DNA from: Paraspadella gotoi
Taxonomy: Eukaryota; Animalia; Chaetognatha
Direction: 5' to 3'
NCBI GenBank assembly: GCA_051294375.1
Contig: CM119270.1
Span: forward strand, 15,809,845-15,873,844
Length of the DNA: 64,000 bases
The translations under genes and the position numbers were made by a program. Shown in pieces: positions 62,260-64,000 of this stretch. Position 1 is the stretch's first letter; the number at the start of each line of letters is the position of its first letter. A model generated the notes under the pieces. That model was given only the letters and a program-made list of their open reading frames with translations. It did not search any database and was not told the origin of the DNA.

Positions 62260-63900
62260 TCTGCTACTCGTAACGCGTCTCTATCTTACCTCTTATCTCA
62301 TCACTGCTCTTTTCTCTCTCTCTAACCTCTCCTGCTTTACCCTGCTCAGCTCCTCTTTCTCTCTTCTAACCCTCTCTGCTTTACCGCTCTCACTCTTCTT
62401 TCTCTCTGCTATCCTCTCTGCTTTACCTCTCACTCTGCTTTCTCTCTCCTTATATTTGGATTTCCCTCTCTATCTTTACCACTCGTGCATCTTTTCGGTT
62501 CTCTCTAGTTCCTCTCGATTCTTATTCCCTCTTCACTCTGCTTTCTCTCTCTGAGGACCCTCCTCTCTTTACCGGCTCCTCACTTGCTTTTTCTTCTCTA
62601 CCGCTCCTCTCTTTCCGTCTTCTCACTGCTCTTTCCTCTGTCTCTACCGTCTCGTCTCTTTAACGCACTCGTCACTCTCTTTGCTTCTCTCTTACCCGTT
62701 CTCCTTTACCTCTCACGTGCTTCTTTCTCTCTCTACCCCTCCTTCTCTCTCTCTCTCTCCTTACCTGCTTCTTTACTCTCTCCTCGTTTCTCTATTATCG
62801 CCTCTCTCTTTACCCTCTATCTCGTCTTTTCTTCTACGCCTCTCTCTTTACCCTCTACGTCGTTTCTTTCTACCTCTCTATACCCCTCTCTCTCTTGTCT
62901 TACCCCTTCCTCCTTCACGTTCTCTTTCTCTCCTCTACCTCTCTCTTTAACGCCTCTCACTCTCTTTCGTCTCTCGTTACCTCTCTCTCCTTTACCCTCT
63001 CAACTCTCTTTCTTCTCTCTAAGTGTACCTTCTGCTCTCTGTTGACCTCTCACTCTCTTTCTTTCTCTCTCACCCTTTCTTTACTGCTCACTTCTTCTTC
63101 TACCTGCTTCTTTCTCTCAACTTTTCTTTAACCCTGCTCTCTTTTAGTCCATGCCCTCTCACTCTCTTTCTTCCTTCTCTACCCGTCTCTCTTTACCGCT
63201 CTCACATCTCTTTCTCTCTCTAGCCTCTCTCTTTTTATCCGCGTGCTCTAACTGCGTCTTTGCTCTCTCTATCCCTCGTATCTCTTTACCCCACCTCTTC
63301 TCTCTCTAAACTCCCTCTCTACTTTACCCTCATCAACTCTCTTTCTCTCGCTACCGCTCATCTCAAAAGGTAGTGAGCATGTTTCTTACGTCCACCTCTT
63401 TCTCCCTTACCTGATTTCCTCTCTTTAGCTTTCTCACTCTCGTTTTCTCTCTCTAGGTCCCTCTCTCTTTACCGCCTCTGCACTCATCTTTCTCTTTCTC
63501 TAGTATCCCTCTTCTCTTTACCTGCTCCTGCACTCTCTTTTCTCTCTCTACGCCTCTCATCGTTTACGCCTCTCACTTGCTTTTCTTTCTCTCACCGTGC
63601 TCCTCTCTTTACCATGTCTCTCACTGCTCTTCTCTTGTCTTCCTATTCCCTCTCTCGTCTTTACCCCGTCACTGGGTTTTTTTTTTGGCAGGTCTCTTTC
63701 TCTCTCTACCCCTCTCTCTTTATCCCTCTCGACTCTCTGTTCTTGCGTGCTCTAAAGCCCTTCTCTTTTAAGCGCCTCCTCACTCTCTTTCTCTCTCTAC
63801 CACTCCTCTCTTTAACCGCTCATTGCACTCTCTTTCTCTTCTCTACCATACTCGTCCCTTCCCTCTCACTCTCTTTCTCTCTCTAAAGCCCTCCTCTTTA
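62260..63900. repeat. Degenerate pyrimidine-rich minisatellite (CTCTTTACC..CTCACT..TTTCTCTCTCTA units), probably noisy read sequence
   Basis: Recurrent CTCTTTACC and CTCACT motifs in a near-pure C/T tract. Confidence 0.75.
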
Positions 63901-64000
63901 AAACCGCTCTAGTGCACTATACTCTAGGCTAACGAGATAGTTTTTCTGACGAAATTCTCTTGGCCTATAAAAACACGAAGGGGTTTGGTAATATCTATTG

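Noticed and set aside
59065-64000. Next CAPS exon (second half of the PH domain, ..FFNAVKEGD..)
   Set aside because: I found no matching peptide; it probably lies beyond the window. ORFs here derive from CT-rich repeats.

Overview
This is a 64 kb window of an AT-rich, microsatellite-rich invertebrate (metazoan) nuclear genome from a draft assembly with many errors. The organism cannot be determined from the sequence. Two intron-containing genes sit head-to-head. (1) On the minus strand, an equilibrative nucleoside transporter (SLC29/ENT family) has 7 recognisable coding exons from ~14873 down to a stop at 9280. It carries many single-base indels that look like long-read errors. (2) On the plus strand is the 5' part of CAPS/CADPS/unc-31, the Ca2+-dependent activator of dense-core vesicle secretion. 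It runs from the start MLAVSSSEDE at 21903 through the N-terminal region and the C2 domain into the first half of the PH domain (59064), and continues beyond the window. Several CAPS segments appear two or three times, usually next to gaps of exactly 25 N, and the extra copies are indel-rich; these are most likely gap-filling artefacts, not paralogues. Repeats include a Helentron/DINE-like non-autonomous element, a Tc1/mariner-type MITE, two tRNA-derived SINE-like heads, a highly structured dispersed element, and many micro- and minisatellites. I cannot demonstrate a new biological system here. The best leads are the divergent, possibly overlapping ENT/CAPS 5' ends, candidate 3-nt and 39-nt CAPS mini-exons, a G-rich/C-rich intron-end pattern, and the structured repeat with HDV-ribozyme-like sub-motifs.
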